A stretch of 64,000 nt of DNA, from positions 147,877 to 211,876 of the forward strand of contig JBAZUH010000001.1 in assembly GCA_041661545.1 (NCBI GenBank). Direction: 5' to 3'. Numbering within the stretch: position 1 is the first letter of the stretch; each line of letters opens with the position of its first letter. The stretch comes from Candidatus Staskawiczbacteria bacterium. Its GTDB lineage: Bacteria; Patescibacteriota; Minisyncoccia; Minisyncoccales; Staskawiczbacteraceae. Below, piece by piece: positions 62,029 through 64,000 of the stretch. The translations under genes were made by a program, and so were the position numbers. The notes beneath the pieces were generated by a model. It ran no database searches, had not been told where the DNA came from, and saw nothing but the letters and a program-made list of their open reading frames with translations.

Positions 62029-63648
62029 TTAATTAGTCAGCATTTTAATTAATCCACCAGGAACTCGGCCTTCTAGTAAAACTGCGTCGCCTGATTTAGC
62101 AAAAACTGTAATCATAGAATAAGCGTCTTTTGCATTGTTACATAATATGCACTTTGCCTTGTTCTTTTTAGTACTATTAAATCCTTTTTCTATGTCTTTA
62201 AAATTTTCTTTATTTGTTATTATTGCTAAGTCGCAAACTTGTCCTATTTTTTTCCCTATTTTTTCATGAATTTTACTAGAAGCTTGACCAAGTTCTATTA
62301 AGCAAGGCATTACGATTATCTTTTTGTTAGAAAAAATAGATAAATAATCTAAATCTGCTAAAACTCCGTCTGGATTAGAAGAATAAGAAGAATCTATAAT
62401 ATCTATATTATGTTTTCCTTTTTTAAGCGTAGCTCCAATTAAGTTTGGTTTTATTTTTTTGCAAGCATCAGAAATATCTCCAAAATTAACACCCAACTCT
62501 TTTGCCACTAAAATAGCTCCCAAAATATTTTGTACATTTTGTTTGCCTAAAACATTAGCTCCAAAGTGAGCTAAATCGCCAGATTTATCAATAGCTAAGA
62601 AAGAAACCTCATTTTTGTGAACAGTAATACTATCAGACCAAATATCTGAATCTAATAACTTATTGCTTAAGCTATAAATTTTTGCTCGTACTCCAAGAGG
62701 GGCTGAGCCTTCAAATTTTTTATAAAGATCTAAACAATATTTATTGTCTCCATTTAAGAATAATTTACCATCTTTTGGCAATGAATCTGCTAATTCCCTA
62801 CCTCCTTCGGCTGAAAGCAAATTATCAAGTGAACCAAAAAGAGATAAATGTTGCTCGTTTACTCCGGTAACAACTCCTATTTTTGGTTTTACTATATCGC
62901 ATAATAAAGCAACCTCACCTTTTCTATAAGCTCCCATTTCTACAATAAAAATTTCGTGATCTGGTTTAAGTTTTTTTAAAACTGTTTGCGCCACTCCAAT
63001 TTCGGTATTAATGTTTCCAGTAGTTTTTAATACTTTATATTTTTTTGATAAAAAAGCATAAAGAAACTCTTTAGTAGAGCTTTTTCCATAAGAACCAGTA
63101 ATGCCTATAACTGCGAGATTTTTAAGTTTTTTTATTTTTTCTCTAGCTTTTTTATATATTAATTTTTTAATAAAAAGCGTGGGAACTTGTAAAATTTGCA
63201 CCAATAAAAGCGTTGCAATAGCAATAAATATTTCTGTAATTACTATAAATAAAGAAAAGTTTTTAATAAATAATAACGAAAGATATATTGTTGCGCCAAA
63301 AGTTAATAATAGTAAAAGTAATGCTTTTTTAGTAAATTTAGGAAATTTCCAACCTCTTCTTGCTAAAGTAAAAATAGAGTATGCTCCAAGCAAATAAAAA
63401 ACACTAGAAACTAACATATCCCATAAAAATATATATTCTTTGCCCAAATATACAAACGAAAAAAGCCACAGTATAATTGCTAGGGCTACAGTTTTGGGGA
63501 GTAATGTTTTTAAAGATTTTTTAATATCACCTTTTATTCTATCAAGTCGGTATTCTTTAATTTGCCAAAAATATATAGAATAAAAAATTCTTTGAGATAA
63601 ATGAATAAACCAAAACAAAAATAATATATAAAAAGTTGATAAAACCAT
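62029..63648 (-). CDS. murF: MurF-like Mur ligase fused to an N-terminal ~165-aa membrane domain
   Basis: 539 aa; about 5 TM helices, then GITGSYGKSSTKE P-loop, EMGAYRKGE, DSSYSSNP. Confidence 0.75.
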   Translation of the reverse strand: MVLSTFYILFLFWFIHLSQRIFYSIYFWQIKEYRLDRIKGDIKKSLKTLLPKTVALAIILWLFSFVYLGKEYIFLWDMLVSSVFYLLGAYSIFTLARRGWKFPKFTKKALLLLLLTFGATIYLSLLFIKNFSLFIVITEIFIAIATLLLVQILQVPTLFIKKLIYKKAREKIKKLKNLAVIGITGSYGKSSTKEFLYAFLSKKYKVLKTTGNINTEIGVAQTVLKKLKPDHEIFIVEMGAYRKGEVALLCDIVKPKIGVVTGVNEQHLSLFGSLDNLLSAEGGRELADSLPKDGKLFLNGDNKYCLDLYKKFEGSAPLGVRAKIYSLSNKLLDSDIWSDSITVHKNEVSFLAIDKSGDLAHFGANVLGKQNVQNILGAILVAKELGVNFGDISDACKKIKPNLIGATLKKGKHNIDIIDSSYSSNPDGVLADLDYLSIFSNKKIIVMPCLIELGQASSKIHEKIGKKIGQVCDLAIITNKENFKDIEKGFNSTKKNKAKCILCNNAKDAYSMITVFAKSGDAVLLEGRVPGGLIKMLTN

Positions 63649-64000
63649 TATGTTAACTTTCTTATTACTCTAGTAATTTTATAAATATTATACCAAAAAC
63701 TTTGAAAAACTATGTCTACTCCATGGGGATATTCTAACTCTGTGCCTCCAAAACCCTTTTTAAACGCAGTTAAATTGGGCCATTTTTTTTCATCAATTCC
63801 CCACATGTCTATTTCTTCTAACCCATCTTTTTTACTAGAAGAAATAATTTCCCATTTTAAAAGATTGGTTCCTTTTACATTTCTATAATTATAATCAGAC
63901 CCCGAATGCAGTGTTACAGCCCTATTGTTAAATATTAAAACAATAGTGGCATTTATTATTTTACTATCGTATTGGGCTAAAAACAATTTAAATTTAACAA
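63648..64000 (-). CDS. FemAB-family protein, C-terminal part (5' end outside window)
   Basis: The frame stays open to the window edge; LHSGSDY...LLKWE...DMWGI...FKKGFGG matches the FemAB C-terminal half. Confidence 0.65.
   Translation of the reverse strand, partial: VKFKLFLAQYDSKIINATIVLIFNNRAVTLHSGSDYNYRNVKGTNLLKWEIISSSKKDGLEEIDMWGIDEKKWPNLTAFKKGFGGTELEYPHGVDIVFQSFWYNIYKITRVIRKLT

Noticed and set aside
1-64000. The many remaining 60-150-aa track ORFs antisense to or out of frame with annotated genes (e.g. 1400-1648 -, 5999-6199 -, 9624-9914 -, 19586-20035 -, 27565-27876 -, 40366-40602 +, 47066-47353 +, 52179-52559 +, 54784-55158 +, 55259-55645 +, 63101-63397 +)
   Set aside because: Each is nested in a longer ORF with recognisable family motifs. 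None has its own promoter, SD or terminator context.
1-64000. CRISPR arrays, rRNA genes, transposases/IS elements, prophage structural genes, reverse transcriptases (DGR/retron)
   Set aside because: I looked for regularly spaced direct repeats, rRNA-like GC-rich blocks, DDE/HUH/RT motifs and capsid/terminase genes. None was found in this window.

Overview
This is an AT-rich bacterial chromosome segment (about 30% GC by eye). Its gene content and style resemble a Candidate Phyla Radiation / Patescibacteria (Parcubacteria-like) genome; that assignment is an inference. The backbone carries scattered division and peptidoglycan genes: mraZ-rsmH-ftsL-ftsI, murC, mraY, murG-ftsW-murD, ftsQ, two FemAB-family genes, a MurF-like ligase, two DD-peptidases and uppS. 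It also carries tyrS, aspS, gltX, ribosomal proteins L21/L9/L27, efp, pyrG, metK behind a SAM-I riboswitch, a MacAB-type ABC efflux set, a VirD4/TraD-like ATPase, a sortase locus, tRNA-Glu and tRNA-Ala. Small selfish-looking genes are present too: GIY-YIG, LAGLIDADG, a four-helix-bundle protein and a PaaX-like protein. Almost all genes run on + up to about 46.6 kb and all run on - after that; the two blocks converge beside a XerC/D-like recombinase.

Several unusual layers sit on this backbone.
(1) At least seven short GC-rich cassettes (about 45-57% GC) lie in intergenic gaps. All are on the + strand. Eight of their terminators end in C plus exactly seven T.
(2) One cassette carries a metazoan-PAICS-like PurC-PurE fusion.
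(3) One cassette carries a bona fide T-box leader in front of a 68-aa zinc-ribbon mini-ORF rather than an aaRS.
(4) One cassette begins with an ANTAR-type dual-hexaloop/terminator leader placed directly after a GAF-ANTAR regulator gene.
(5) A 10-mer, ATTGTGCGAC, occurs 9 times. Its strand polarity flips exactly where gene orientation flips.
(6) A perfect 20-bp GC palindrome is embedded in-frame in murD and at the C-terminus of a permease.
(7) Palindromic or inverted repeats bracket two small genes.

No rRNA, CRISPR array, transposase or prophage was seen. All homology statements come from motif recognition by eye; no database search was run.
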